From: Candidatus Calditenuis fumarioli
GTDB lineage: Archaea > Thermoproteota > Nitrososphaeria_A > Caldarchaeales > Calditenuaceae
DNA: 64,000 nt
Assembly: GCA_030059665.1 (NCBI GenBank)
Contig: JANVYR010000001.1
Coordinates: 480,001 to 544,000, forward strand
Direction: 5' to 3'
The position numbers were made by a program, and so were the translations under genes. Every line of letters starts with the position of its first letter. The stretch's first letter is position 1. The notes below the pieces were generated by a model, which made no database searches, was not told the origin of the DNA, and saw nothing but the letters and a program-made list of their open reading frames with translations. Shown in pieces: positions 1 through 9,838 of this stretch.

Positions 1-306
1 AGCATCGCTCCCGGACTCGATTACCCGGCCGTCGGCCCGGAGCACGCGTACCTTAAGGAGACAGGGAGGGCCCAGTACGTCGCGGTGAGCGACGAGGCTG
101 CGCTGAGGGCCTACGTGACCCTCGCACGGACCGAGGGGATACTGCCAGCGCTGGAGCCTGCCCACGCGCTAGCCTACGCCATGGAGCTGGCACCGACCCT
201 GAGGCCCGACGACGTCATAGTGGTGAACCTGAGCGGCCGGGGAGACAAGGACCTCGAGACCGTTCTCGGGTGGTTGCGGGATGAGGGAGCTGGAGGAGGC
301 ATTTGA
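1..306 (+). CDS. trpB: Tryptophan synthase beta chain, C-terminal part (runs off the window start)
   Basis: Frame 1 from base 1 reads [17 protein letters not shown]...[14 protein letters not shown]...[10 protein letters not shown]; overlaps trpA. Confidence 0.95.
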   Translation, partial: SIAPGLDYPAVGPEHAYLKETGRAQYVAVSDEAALRAYVTLARTEGILPALEPAHALAYAMELAPTLRPDDVIVVNLSGRGDKDLETVLGWLRDEGAGGGI

Positions 307-1081
307 TCGGGCGAGGTCAAGGAGGGCTGCCGCGTTCGTCGCCTACATGACCGGCGGCTTCCCGGACAGGGAGACCTCTCTGCAGGTCCTGACGGCGCTG
401 GCCGAGGAGGGCGCGGACGTCATAGAGGTGGGCGTCCCCTTCTCCGACCCGATCGCCGACGGCGTGACGATTCAGGAGGCCTCGCAGATAGCCCTGAGCA
501 AGGGCGCGACCCCGAGGAACGTGCTCGAGACGGTGGCTCGTTTGCGTAGAAAGGTCGACGTGCCCGTGGTGCTGATGTCGTACCTCAACGTCGCGTTCAG
601 GTACGGCCTCCAGAGGTTCGCCGAGGACGCGCGTTCCTGCGGCGTCTCAGCCGTCATCTTCCCCGACCTTCCGCTCGAGGAATTGGGACCCATCGCGGAG
701 GTGATGAGGGGGAGGGGGCTGGGCGTTGTTCTTCTGGGATCGCCGGTGACTAGGGACGAGAGGCTCGTGAGGATCCTCGATGCCAGCGACTGCTTCACCT
801 ACCTCGTCTCGGTTACCGGTGTCACCGGAGAGAGAAGCGAGGTCCCCAGGAGCGCGATCGACCTGCTCAGGAGGGCGAAGTCCTTGAGGCCCAAGTCGAG
901 GGTTGCCGTGGGGTTCGGGGTCTCCTCACCCGAGCACGGAGCGCTGCTCTCCAGAGAGGGCGCCGACGGCGTTGTGGTCGGCAGCAAGCTCGTCTCAATC
1001 GTCAGGAGGGGAACGCTTGACGAGCTGAGGGACTTCGTGAGGGAGTTCCGGAATTCTCTCGTTAGATCCCACACACCCTAG
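281..1081 (+). CDS. trpA: Tryptophan synthase alpha chain
   Basis: [40 protein letters not shown] motifs. Confidence 0.96.
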   Translation: MRELEEAFDRARSRRAAAFVAYMTGGFPDRETSLQVLTALAEEGADVIEVGVPFSDPIADGVTIQEASQIALSKGATPRNVLETVARLRRKVDVPVVLMSYLNVAFRYGLQRFAEDARSCGVSAVIFPDLPLEELGPIAEVMRGRGLGVVLLGSPVTRDERLVRILDASDCFTYLVSVTGVTGERSEVPRSAIDLLRRAKSLRPKSRVAVGFGVSSPEHGALLSREGADGVVVGSKLVSIVRRGTLDELRDFVREFRNSLVRSHTP

Positions 1082-1135
1082 AAGGTCCGAGGTATCGCAG
1101 AAGCCTGCGGACGCTCGGCTGTTCTCGGACTGTTT

Positions 1136-2035
1136 TCACAGCTGGACTCGTCCCGGTGAGAACGCCTCGAGGAAGACGTCCAGGTCCACGTCGATGAGGC
1201 CACCCGACTCCACGCCGCTCAGCAGCGCACGCCTCATCCGCACCCGCATCCTGTGCTCGTGGAGAAGGACCTCCGCCGACTCTCCTCCCGAGAGGACCGA
1301 TTCCAGGACCTTCAGGCCCACAGTAGCCGACTCGAGTGCGTAATCGCCGGCCCATGGGGGCAATACGTCACCGGATGCCTCGCCAAGCTCGAGGACGCCC
1401 TCGGTCCTGCGATCCTGACCTGCCAGGAGCGGGGTCCTGGAGAACGTCCTGCGATGGCTCTGGGGGTTTCCTACCTCCACCACGGCCCTCGGAGAGAGGG
1501 GTGCTTTGAGCGTCAGGGAGCGCCTGCCCACCTCGAGCGAACACTCGATCGAGGAGTCGATGACGGACGCCCTGACCTCGCCGACCCCAACCGGGTTGAG
1601 GGGTTGGGTGCTGACGAAGTGCTCCGCGGTCCCGGAGACCTCGCCGTGGGGCGTCTGGGCCCTGAAGGTGAACTCGCCCTGATCGGTACGGTGGAAGAGG
1701 GGCCTGCACCACGTGTGTACCTCGCAGCCTCCGAGCGTCAGGTGCTCCGCGAGCCTCCTCACGCCAATGACCCAGACCCTCTCGGAGGACCCCCTCACCA
1801 TCACCCGCTCGCCGAGACGGAGCTTCAGCGTCAGCTTGAAGGGACCGTGCAATAACGCCTCCTTCGGGACCCCTTCGGCCCTTATGGTCCCCTCCAGAAC
1901 CGGCAGGTAAGGGTGCCTGCCGCCGAGCCGGGGGCCCTCCTCCAAGACCAGAACCCTGAACCCCTTGGAGTGGAGGCGGTTTGCGAGCCAAACTGCAGTC
2001 AGATCAGATCCGTGCACAACCGCGTCGTACCTCAA
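1136..2035 (-). CDS. Degenerate FAD-dependent oxidoreductase-like protein (GGR-like fold)
   Basis: N-terminal YDAVVHGSDLTAVWLA...RVLVLEEGPRLGG resembles a Rossmann dinucleotide fold without an intact GxGxxG. Confidence 0.5.
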   Translation of the reverse strand: MRYDAVVHGSDLTAVWLANRLHSKGFRVLVLEEGPRLGGRHPYLPVLEGTIRAEGVPKEALLHGPFKLTLKLRLGERVMVRGSSERVWVIGVRRLAEHLTLGGCEVHTWCRPLFHRTDQGEFTFRAQTPHGEVSGTAEHFVSTQPLNPVGVGEVRASVIDSSIECSLEVGRRSLTLKAPLSPRAVVEVGNPQSHRRTFSRTPLLAGQDRRTEGVLELGEASGDVLPPWAGDYALESATVGLKVLESVLSGGESAEVLLHEHRMRVRMRRALLSGVESGGLIDVDLDVFLEAFSPGRVQL

Positions 2036-2038
2036 GAT

Positions 2039-2401
2039 TCACCTGACCTGATCCCTCACGCTCGCGGGTATCCTGTCTCGCCAACGTTCCACGAACTCGC
2101 GCTCCTTCCTCCTGTCCCTCAGGTCGTCCGGGAGCATCACGGGCACCTCGTCTATGACCGGGTACCAGCGGCCGCAACGCCTGCACGTGAGCAGCGCGTC
2201 GACTATCTCGAACCTCCAGCAGCTCCTGCAGTCCGGCTCCCTCCCGAGCTCGTTCAGCGCGGATCCGTGGTAGCCGCAGTAGAGCTCGCATTTCCTCACC
2301 TCCTTCGGAGAGTACCGCTCCTCGACTGAGTAGACTTCGAGGTCGAGGGGGAAGTGCTTGCACATCGGGCACGCGAGCAGGTCCATGAGCCGGTACTTCA
2401 C
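2039..2401 (-). CDS. trm112: Trm112-family methyltransferase activator
   Basis: MKYRLMDLLACPMCK...CRRCGRWYPVIDEVPVMLPD; GTG start at 2401 chosen. Confidence 0.9.
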   Translation of the reverse strand: MKYRLMDLLACPMCKHFPLDLEVYSVEERYSPKEVRKCELYCGYHGSALNELGREPDCRSCWRFEIVDALLTCRRCGRWYPVIDEVPVMLPDDLRDRRKEREFVERWRDRIPASVRDQVR

Positions 2402-2444
2402 GCCGCCACACGCCCGCACCAGTAGAAGAGCGTATTGCCCCAGC

Positions 2445-2927
2445 TCAGGCCACTGCGAGGTCCGGTATGCTCGAGAACTCCACGATGGCGTCGCAGTAGT
2501 AGCACTGGATGTAGCCGTCCTCCTTCAGGACCCTGAACCTCCTCACGACCGGGTCGCGCTTCGAGTTGGAGATGCACGTCACCTCCGGACACCTCACCCT
2601 CCCCTCGATCACGTCGGGGAGCTCGGGCTGGTACTTCTCGACCTTCCAGTCGCGGATGTAGTTCACGGTCACCGTGGGATAGATCAGCTTGACCAGCGCC
2701 GCGTCGGTCCTCGACATGTGGTGATGGTAGAGCTTGATGACGTCCTTCCTGCCGTACTTCCTGCTGGGAACGTTCTTCAGGACGATCACCGAGACCTCTG
2801 GGTCCTTCGCCAGCTGCTCGGCGTCGATCAAGCGGAGTACCCTGTCGGCCCTCCACGCCGGTATGTGATCTATCACGGTGCCCCAGTCGATCTTCCTGAC
2901 CAGCAGGCCCTCCTCCATCTCACCCAC
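2445..2927 (-). CDS. pyrI: Aspartate carbamoyltransferase regulatory chain
   Basis: GTVIDHIPA, KYGRKDVIK, CPEVTCIS...CYYC zinc site; directly after pyrB. Confidence 0.95.
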   Translation of the reverse strand: MGEMEEGLLVRKIDWGTVIDHIPAWRADRVLRLIDAEQLAKDPEVSVIVLKNVPSRKYGRKDVIKLYHHHMSRTDAALVKLIYPTVTVNYIRDWKVEKYQPELPDVIEGRVRCPEVTCISNSKRDPVVRRFRVLKEDGYIQCYYCDAIVEFSSIPDLAVA

Positions 2928-3867
2928 CCAGTATCAGGTGATACAGGGCCATCCTCACCGGCAGCCCGTACGAAGCCTGCTCGAAGTACCAGGCGTGCGG
3001 GGTTCCGTCCACCTCGGGGTCCAGCTCGTCCACCCTCGGGAGCGGGTGCATCACGCCCAGCGTGGGCCTCGCGTTGGAGAGCAGCTCCATGTCGACCCTG
3101 TAGCTCCCCTTCAGCCTCTCGTACTCCGAGGGGTCCGGGAACCTCTCCTTCTGGAGCCTGGTCACGTACAGCACGTCGAGCTCTCCGACCACCCTCGGGA
3201 TCTCCGACTGCTTCTCGACCTTATCGTAGCTGACGCCTCGCTTCCGCAGGTGCAGCTCCACCTCTGGCCTCACCTGGAGAGCCGGGGGAGCGATGAAGTG
3301 CATCGTGACGTCCTTGAACAGCGAGAGCGTGTAGACCAGCGAGGGAACGGTCCTCGAGAACCTCAGGTCTCCGAGAAAACCTATCCTGAGCCCGTCGATC
3401 GAGCCCCTCTTCCTCCTTATCGTGTAGGCGTCGAGCAGCGACTGGGTTGGGTGCTCCTGGCTTCCGCTTCCGGCGTTGATCACCGGGACCCTCACCACGT
3501 CAGCCGCGTACCGGGCCGCCCCCCTCGCAGGGTGCCTCATGACGATGCAGTCGACACCGTAGCCCTCGATCATCTTCAGCGTGTCGTAGAGCGATTCGCC
3601 CTTCGTGAGCGAGGTCATCTCCGGGTCCACAAGGGGCAGCACGTCGGCGCCCATCTTCCTGGCGGCAACGTGGAAGCTCGAGTAGGTCCTGGTGGAGGGC
3701 TCCACGAAGAGCAGGGCCACCCTCTTCCCCGAGAGCGAGCCGCTGAACCTCTCCGGAGACCTCAGGGCCTCGTCCGCGACCTCGAAGACCCTCTCTACCA
3801 TGGGCCTGGTGAAGTCCTTGGAGCTGACCACATCCGCACCTTTCAGAGAGACTAGGACCTCTCCCAC
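2920..3867 (-). CDS. pyrB: Aspartate carbamoyltransferase catalytic chain
   Basis: FVEPSTRT, HPTQSLLD, YVTRLQKERF, MHPLPR. Confidence 0.97.
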   Translation of the reverse strand: MGEVLVSLKGADVVSSKDFTRPMVERVFEVADEALRSPERFSGSLSGKRVALLFVEPSTRTYSSFHVAARKMGADVLPLVDPEMTSLTKGESLYDTLKMIEGYGVDCIVMRHPARGAARYAADVVRVPVINAGSGSQEHPTQSLLDAYTIRRKRGSIDGLRIGFLGDLRFSRTVPSLVYTLSLFKDVTMHFIAPPALQVRPEVELHLRKRGVSYDKVEKQSEIPRVVGELDVLYVTRLQKERFPDPSEYERLKGSYRVDMELLSNARPTLGVMHPLPRVDELDPEVDGTPHAWYFEQASYGLPVRMALYHLILGG

Positions 3868-4125
3868 CTGAACCCGCCCGTGGCCTCAGCCTCCGTCGAT
3901 ATCAAGGTTGAGCCGCTTTGCGGGCGGCCACGTCGTCCGATGATACGGAGGCCCTTTTTCGGTTCATTAGCCCGAAGCACGCGGAGGACGGAGTGTGCCT
4001 CAGCCCCCTGCGCTCCATGAGCAGCCTTGACCCATCACCTGATGCTCAACCGAGACCCCTTTTATCGTTCGGCCCCAGAGACGGGATACACTTATGAAAA
4101 CGCAGCGGATTAGCGAATGAGGGCT

Positions 4126-4199
4126 GCGGCCGTAGTCTAGCCTGGTAGGACGTGGGCCTGCCACGCCCAAGGTCCCGGGTTCAAATCCCGGCGGCCGCA
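4126..4199 (+). tRNA. tRNA-Gly(GCC)
   Basis: Acceptor GCGGCCG/CGGCCGC, anticodon arm TGGGC-CT-GCC-AC-GCCCA, T-loop GTTCAAAT. Confidence 0.95.
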
Positions 4200-4223
4200 C
4201 CGAACGGACGTCTCCGGATGGCT

Positions 4224-4790
4224 TCAGATCTCATCGGCCATCTTCCTGAACCTCTCGTGGACGCCGTGACCCACCTCGACCTCCTCGACGTTCTCGTAGC
4301 AGCGCCCGACCTCAGATGCGTCTCCCACCCGCGCAACCGACTCGCCCATCGGGAAGAGAACCAGGTTCTCCTTCCGGATGTGGTCCCTGAGCAGGTTGAC
4401 GTACTCCTCGCAGGTCGCCAACACGCCCGCAGCGGCCCCACTATCCCCGGACTCCAGCGCCCGCAGCAGCCCCTCGAGCCGTGCCACAAGCTCCCTCCCA
4501 ACCTGGTGCTCGTAGAGCATCACGCCTATCGGGCCGCCCTCCCTAGGTATCCCCCTCCTCTCGAGGCAGGGGAAGAGGCAGCGCTCCTCCTTTCCGTGGT
4601 GGCAGCGGTCGATGAAGGTTCTCGCGAAGCTGACGAACCTCCTCAGGGGTTCGGGGTCGACCCTTCCCGAGGCCCGCCACTCCCTCATCCTCTCCTCGAG
4701 GCGCTCAAGGGCCCTCAGGATCACCTCGTGGTCCTCCATCAGGGAACCAGTGAGCGGGTGCTCCTCACCGTGCATCGCGGTCATCGACAC
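4224..4790 (-). CDS. Hemerythrin-domain protein
   Basis: EDHEVI, HHGKEERCLFP, MLYEHQVGR, HIRKENLVLFP. Confidence 0.9.
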   Translation of the reverse strand: MSMTAMHGEEHPLTGSLMEDHEVILRALERLEERMREWRASGRVDPEPLRRFVSFARTFIDRCHHGKEERCLFPCLERRGIPREGGPIGVMLYEHQVGRELVARLEGLLRALESGDSGAAAGVLATCEEYVNLLRDHIRKENLVLFPMGESVARVGDASEVGRCYENVEEVEVGHGVHERFRKMADEI

Positions 4791-4885
4791 CGCTCAACGG
4801 ACGTTTCTGAAAAGCAGTCGTCTAACCCGTTCGCTTCGGGGAGGTGCGGATCCTCTTAAATCGTGCTGGACGGATCTGCACCCGG

Positions 4886-5563
4886 ATGGCGCTGGAGGAG
4901 GTCGCGAACAGGTGCAGGTTCCCGAGGGAGGCGCTCTACGACCTCCAGAGGCTGACCTGGTACCTCCCGATGGACGGCGGGGCGCTAAAGGTCGGGACGC
5001 TCCCGATCACCGTCAAGGGCTGGGGGAAGGTGAGGAAGGTCGAGGTGAAGCAGGTGGGGACGACGGTGGAGAGGGACAGGTCCCTGGCCTACGTCGAGGC
5101 CCAGAGGTACGTCGGCCACGTCCGGGCTTCCTTCGCCTGCAGGGTAGTGGAGGTCAACGACCAGCTGGCCGCTGAGCCCCACCTGATCCAGTCGGACCCC
5201 TACGGAAGGGGATGGCTGGCGACGGTGGTGCCGTTGAACGCTGGCGACGTCTCGGCGCTGAAGGGGTTCGAGGAGGTCAGGGACGAGCTGAGGAGGGAGA
5301 TCACGGAGAGGGGGATCGTGTGCTTCAGGGAGGTGCCGGACCTCACGATACCGGCGATCGGGGTGGAGTGCAGCATGGCCCTGATGGTCCTGAAGGACCA
5401 GATCGATCAGGTCCCAGTGGGCACGCTGATACACCTCGTCGCGGAGGGGGACGAGTCGTCGGAGCAGGAGGTGATGAAGTGGTCCTCCATAACCGGACAC
5501 GAGGTCGTCGACCTCTTCAGGGAGGGGAGGTTGGTGCACGTCCTCGTCAGGAGAACGAGGTGA
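4886..5563 (+). CDS. GcvH/LbpA-like domain fused to a C-terminal TusA/SirA-like domain
   Basis: VEAQRYVG...VVEVNDQL...SDPYGRGWL (H-protein fold, Arg at the lipoyl-Lys position) followed by GVECSMAL...KWSSITGHEVV (TusA-like); ATG 4886 chosen. Confidence 0.8.
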   Translation: MALEEVANRCRFPREALYDLQRLTWYLPMDGGALKVGTLPITVKGWGKVRKVEVKQVGTTVERDRSLAYVEAQRYVGHVRASFACRVVEVNDQLAAEPHLIQSDPYGRGWLATVVPLNAGDVSALKGFEEVRDELRREITERGIVCFREVPDLTIPAIGVECSMALMVLKDQIDQVPVGTLIHLVAEGDESSEQEVMKWSSITGHEVVDLFREGRLVHVLVRRTR

Positions 5564-5569
5564 TGTCCG

Positions 5570-6481
5570 GTGTATGTGATAGAGTCGGAGGACCTCTGGA
5601 AGACCTACGACGGCCGGCGCTGGGCCCTCTCGGGCGTTGACCTGAGGGTCCGTGAGGGGGAGGTGCTCGCCCTCCTCGGGAGAAACGGCGCAGGGAAGAC
5701 CACCTTCATCCGGATAGCCTGCAGCCTCCTCAAGCCCACCAGGGGATCGGTGAGGGTGCTGGGCATGGACGTCACCCAGGAGTCCTCGAGGGTGAGGGAG
5801 AGGATAGCGCTGGTGCCACAGGAGGGGAGGCCATCGAACCTGAACACGCCCTGGTCCCACGTCTACTACTACCTGATCGCGAGGGGCCTTCCGAGGTCCG
5901 AGGCCCGCGTCAGGGCGAGGAGGTACCTCCAGTCGCTGGAGCTCTGGGATGTCAGGGACGTGATCTGCGGCAACCTCTCAGGCGGGATGCGGCAGAGGGT
6001 GCTGGTGGCCATGGCGCTCGCGACCGAGGCGGACGTGCTCTTCCTCGACGAGCCGACGATAGGGCTCGACCCGCTCAGCAAGCAGACCGTCTGGGAGCAG
6101 ATAAGGGACAGCGCCGCTGAGGGGAGGACTGTTGTGGTGACCACGCACAACATGGAGGAGGCTGAGACGATCGCGGACAGGGTGGCGATCATCGACGAGG
6201 GCCGCATCGTGGCCTCCGGCACGCCCGAGGAGGTGAAAGCGAGGGTGGGTTACGAATACCGGGTTGACCTGAGGGGTGACGGGATCGAGGCGTCCGAGCT
6301 CAGCTCTTACGGGCTTGTCAGGAGGATAGGTGACCGGTACCGCGTCTACCTCTCCGATTCGACCGCACGGGAGCTGCTGGATCTGGCGATAGCAAGGGGA
6401 TGGACGGCCTCGCTCTCGAGGACCACGCTCGAGGACGCCTTCGTCCTGCTGGTGGGCGAGGTGGAGGAGCATGCGGGTTAG
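5570..6481 (+). CDS. ABC transporter ATP-binding protein (ABC-2/DrrA type)
   Basis: GRNGAGKTT, LSGGMRQR, LFLDEPT, TTHNM. Confidence 0.93.
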   Translation: MYVIESEDLWKTYDGRRWALSGVDLRVREGEVLALLGRNGAGKTTFIRIACSLLKPTRGSVRVLGMDVTQESSRVRERIALVPQEGRPSNLNTPWSHVYYYLIARGLPRSEARVRARRYLQSLELWDVRDVICGNLSGGMRQRVLVAMALATEADVLFLDEPTIGLDPLSKQTVWEQIRDSAAEGRTVVVTTHNMEEAETIADRVAIIDEGRIVASGTPEEVKARVGYEYRVDLRGDGIEASELSSYGLVRRIGDRYRVYLSDSTARELLDLAIARGWTASLSRTTLEDAFVLLVGEVEEHAG

Positions 6482-7232
6482 AGGCGCGCTCTCCGGTTTC
6501 CTCAGGTCCCTGTACGCCTCGACGATGCTCTTCGGCGTCCTGCCGTTCAAGCAGAACCCGTTCTGGGCCCTCTCGCCGGCCCTCGCGCCGTTCGCCTTCC
6601 TCCTCTTCCTCTCGATCTACAGGTTCCAGCAGGTCGTGCCGTTCGCCCTCATCGGCGGCCTCATCTCGATCGTCGTCGCCAACTCGATATCGATGGAGAG
6701 CGATGCGGCGTTCAACAGGATCGTCCTAAGGCTCGACTCGATGTTCGCCCTGACGAAAGGAGGCCTGATCCCGTACGCAATTGGGCTGGCGCTCGGCAAC
6801 CTGATCAACGCGGTTCCGGGCGTGGCCGTCTTCGCCGTGCTGCTCTGGACCATGGCAGGCATCACGTCACCGCAGGCATGGGCAACGATGCTCGGGGCCC
6901 TCACGCTGATCTGGGCTGTCGTCTCCCTCCTCGGCTACCTCATCAGCACCTACGCGAGGGACATAAGGGACCTCTGGGTCTACTCGCCGCTGATGACCGC
7001 GCTCCTCGGCTACCTGCCGCCGGTCTACTACCCGCTCGAGCTGCTGCCGGACCCGTTCCTCAGGGCCATCGCGTTCATCTCTCCCACTACCTCCGCAGCG
7101 AGGCTGATGCACAGCGCCGCCGGCCTCGTCAAGCTCGGCCCGGGGGAGTTCGCCGTCCTCTGGGCGATCCCTGCGGCCCACGCGGTCGTCTTCGCAGCGC
7201 TTCTGTACAGGAGGGTCAGGCGGCCCATCTGA
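6471..7232 (+). CDS. ABC-2 type permease
   Basis: About six hydrophobic segments, PPVYYP motif, overlaps the ATPase gene. Confidence 0.85.
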   Translation: MRVRGALSGFLRSLYASTMLFGVLPFKQNPFWALSPALAPFAFLLFLSIYRFQQVVPFALIGGLISIVVANSISMESDAAFNRIVLRLDSMFALTKGGLIPYAIGLALGNLINAVPGVAVFAVLLWTMAGITSPQAWATMLGALTLIWAVVSLLGYLISTYARDIRDLWVYSPLMTALLGYLPPVYYPLELLPDPFLRAIAFISPTTSAARLMHSAAGLVKLGPGEFAVLWAIPAAHAVVFAALLYRRVRRPI

Positions 7233-7337
7233 CGTGCTCTTTAGCAACCGAGATGGGATCGTCGTAGGTTCCATGTCCAGGCGGTCGGTGGCAGGGTTAT
7301 CACTTCGAGCACATCGCGTAAAACGGGAGGATCGCTT

Positions 7338-7808
7338 TTGGAGGTGAGGCTCAAACAGATAGGCGTCGTCAGGGTGAACGCGTCGGACGATGAGGTCAGG
7401 GAGAAGTCCGGGCAGCTGGAGGGCTACATCGAGGTCTTCGAGGAGTTCGCGGAGGGCCTCGATGGCATCGAGGAGTACTCCCACCTCTTCGTGATCGCGT
7501 ACCTCCACAGGTCCGAGTGGAGGGGGCTCCTGAAGGTCAGGCCGAGGAGGCTGCTCAAGAAGGGGTTCAGGGAGGACGAGCTTCCGGTGCTCGGGGTCTT
7601 CGCTACCGACTCCCCCGTCAGGCCCAACCCGATCGCGCTGACCCTCGTCAGACTGATCGGCAGGGAGGGGAACAGGCTACGCGTCAGGGGCCTCGACCTC
7701 TTCGACGGGACCCCGGTGCTGGACATAAAACCGTACCGACCGGATTATAGGGCGGAGGACTTCAAGATACCTGCGTGGGTGCTGCACGACACGCGGGAAG
7801 GGGTTTAG
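7338..7808 (+). CDS. tsaA: TrmO/TsaA-family SAM-binding protein (tRNA m6t6A37 methyltransferase family)
   Basis: GVFATDSPVRPNPIALT, GLDLFDGTPVLDIKPY. Confidence 0.88.
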   Translation: MEVRLKQIGVVRVNASDDEVREKSGQLEGYIEVFEEFAEGLDGIEEYSHLFVIAYLHRSEWRGLLKVRPRRLLKKGFREDELPVLGVFATDSPVRPNPIALTLVRLIGREGNRLRVRGLDLFDGTPVLDIKPYRPDYRAEDFKIPAWVLHDTREGV

Positions 7809-7827
7809 AGTCCACCGGGTTCAGGGA

Positions 7828-8445
7828 TCAACGGTTGCTTGACGTGAGGTGACGGACCACAATGGTCCTGAGCTGGTCCGAGAGCCTGCTCAACCTGTAA
7901 TCGATGGTGGCGTCGTAGATCATGCTGCCGTCGGCCCTGCTGACCCGAACGCCGCCGATGACGTCGATCGTCTTGCTCGAGACCTTCACCTTCACGCCCT
8001 TCTCCTTCGCGAGCTCCGAGGCCACGGACTTGACGGCCTTCAGGTCCTCCTCGCAGGTCTCCACCACGACCTCCTCCGAGCCGAGCGACTCGATGGCCTC
8101 CGTCAGCGAACTCCTGAGGAATTCCCTGTAGAGCTCGGAATCTCGGGTGGACTTGATCCGCTCTATCGCGTTCGTGACCGCCTTCCTCACGAGCTCCTCC
8201 AGAGTGTCGAGGTACTCGCGCCTCGCCTCGGCCTCCACCTGGCTGATCCTCCGCCTCCTCTCGGCGTCGACCTCCCTCCTGACGGTCTCGAGGCCCCTCC
8301 TGAGCTCCTGGAGCAGCTCCTCCCTGCTCCGCTCCAGCTCCTGACCGATCCTCTTCCGCGCCTCCTCGAGCCTCACCTCGTACTCGGCGATCGCCTCCTG
8401 GACCACCTCGTCTATCAGGGACTCGAGCGTGACCGACAAATCCAC
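7828..8445 (-). CDS. atpE: A/V-type ATP synthase subunit E
   Basis: Long charged coiled coil then IDVIGGVRVSRADGSMIYDATIDYRL. Confidence 0.85.
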   Translation of the reverse strand: MDLSVTLESLIDEVVQEAIAEYEVRLEEARKRIGQELERSREELLQELRRGLETVRREVDAERRRRISQVEAEARREYLDTLEELVRKAVTNAIERIKSTRDSELYREFLRSSLTEAIESLGSEEVVVETCEEDLKAVKSVASELAKEKGVKVKVSSKTIDVIGGVRVSRADGSMIYDATIDYRLSRLSDQLRTIVVRHLTSSNR

Positions 8446-8473
8446 GCCGATCCGTCATGAGCGATATTTCAAT

Positions 8474-8788
8474 TCATCCGCATCCGGCCTCGAGGCTGAT
8501 GAGGTAGGTCCTCCCCGAGTACCTTACCCTGATCGGCAGACCGTTTGAGCGGAGGAGCGCGGTGACCGCTTCCCCTCCCACCTCGACCACCACCGGGTCG
8601 GGGAAGACGTGGGGATACTCCCGCCCGAACCTCCGGATCAGCTCCTTCCGCTCCGAGTACCTCCTGCTCGCTTCCGCGAAGGCCCTGGAGAGTCCCAACC
8701 CATCGGCGGAACGCTCGTCCAATTCCAGATCGGGCTCGACCCCCTCCACCTCCACGACCTTCAGCCTGTAGGTCCTCGCGATGTCCAC
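8474..8788 (-). CDS. Hypothetical protein
   Basis: 104-aa ORF with host-like codon usage, abutting the upstream gene. Confidence 0.6.
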   Translation of the reverse strand: MDIARTYRLKVVEVEGVEPDLELDERSADGLGLSRAFAEASRRYSERKELIRRFGREYPHVFPDPVVVEVGGEAVTALLRSNGLPIRVRYSGRTYLISLEAGCG

Positions 8789-8812
8789 GAGCTCCCCACC
8801 GAGACTGACGCC

Positions 8813-9838
8813 TCACCGCCTCCTCAAAGCCCTGAAGGCCTTGGCAACGCAACCGACCCTCGAGCTGAGGGGGAGGGAGAAGGCGACGTTGGCGATAGAG
8901 AGGGCCAGCATCAGGAACGCGAAGAGGCCGGTCCTCCCCGTTGCGAGCAGGTACAAGGGCACCGCGAAGGGAGAGATCATGGAAGCCAGCGGACCCGCGA
9001 GGTACATCGCGAAGTACCCCAGCCTGCCGGCTTTGCTCCTCTCCCGGTCTATCTTGATCCCGAGGGCGACGACGAAGGGCCTTATCGATTTGGGGAACCA
9101 CCCCGCCCGGACCATGTTGGAGAGGCCGACGTAGTAGTGGCTGAACCTGAGACCCGCGATCGCGCCGACGACGAGGTGGGCGAGGTCGTGCGTGAAGAAC
9201 CAGAGGACGAACCAAGCGATCAGCTTCGCGATGTAATCGATGGGCCTCTCGAAGGTCCAGACGGTGAGGAAGAAGGCCGCCAGCAAAGCCAGGAGGCTGA
9301 GCGCGGTTCCGCGTGGAACCGATAGCTTGAGAGGGTCCCTGTAGACCGGCTTTCTTCCTCCTTCAAGGAGCGCCTTGATCGCCTCGACCCTGTACTCCAA
9401 TGCTCGTTTGAGGACGAGCCTCGCTGCGGGCATGAGCAGAGGGTTAGCGCTGAGCACGAACTCCTCGACGACGCGCGTTCCACCACCGCTCGACTCCAAC
9501 TTCTGGCTGTGTTCGAGCCTCGCCCCGAGGACGTCCTCGAGCACGTGAAGGCTCGTCGTATCGGTCTCCTCAAGCACCTTGAACCTGAGCGTCACAGGCT
9601 GCCCGAGCAATCTGCCTCCCACGGAGTACTCGGCACCCGCCTCGACCCTCTTGGGCCCCTCGACGACCCTCAGCGCGAACTCCTTGGGCCAGACCCGCTC
9701 GAGGTTGGAGACGTCCCTGAAGAACTCCTTGACCTTGCCTATTGGGACACCGACCTCGTACTCGAACCTCAACCTGCTCTGCAAGTCACAGAGCGTTGCG
9801 GAATAACGCTGAGGATATAATAAGGATGAGACGTTCAC
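8813..9838 (-). CDS. SRPBCC (START-like) domain fused to a peptidase M50-like membrane domain; true start probably near 9784
   Basis: FFRDVSNLERVWP...HSQKLESSGGGTRVVEE (SRPBCC); THDLAH and YLAGPLAS in a hydrophobic C-terminal half. Confidence 0.65.
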   Translation of the reverse strand: MNVSSLLYPQRYSATLCDLQSRLRFEYEVGVPIGKVKEFFRDVSNLERVWPKEFALRVVEGPKRVEAGAEYSVGGRLLGQPVTLRFKVLEETDTTSLHVLEDVLGARLEHSQKLESSGGGTRVVEEFVLSANPLLMPAARLVLKRALEYRVEAIKALLEGGRKPVYRDPLKLSVPRGTALSLLALLAAFFLTVWTFERPIDYIAKLIAWFVLWFFTHDLAHLVVGAIAGLRFSHYYVGLSNMVRAGWFPKSIRPFVVALGIKIDRERSKAGRLGYFAMYLAGPLASMISPFAVPLYLLATGRTGLFAFLMLALSIANVAFSLPLSSRVGCVAKAFRALRRR

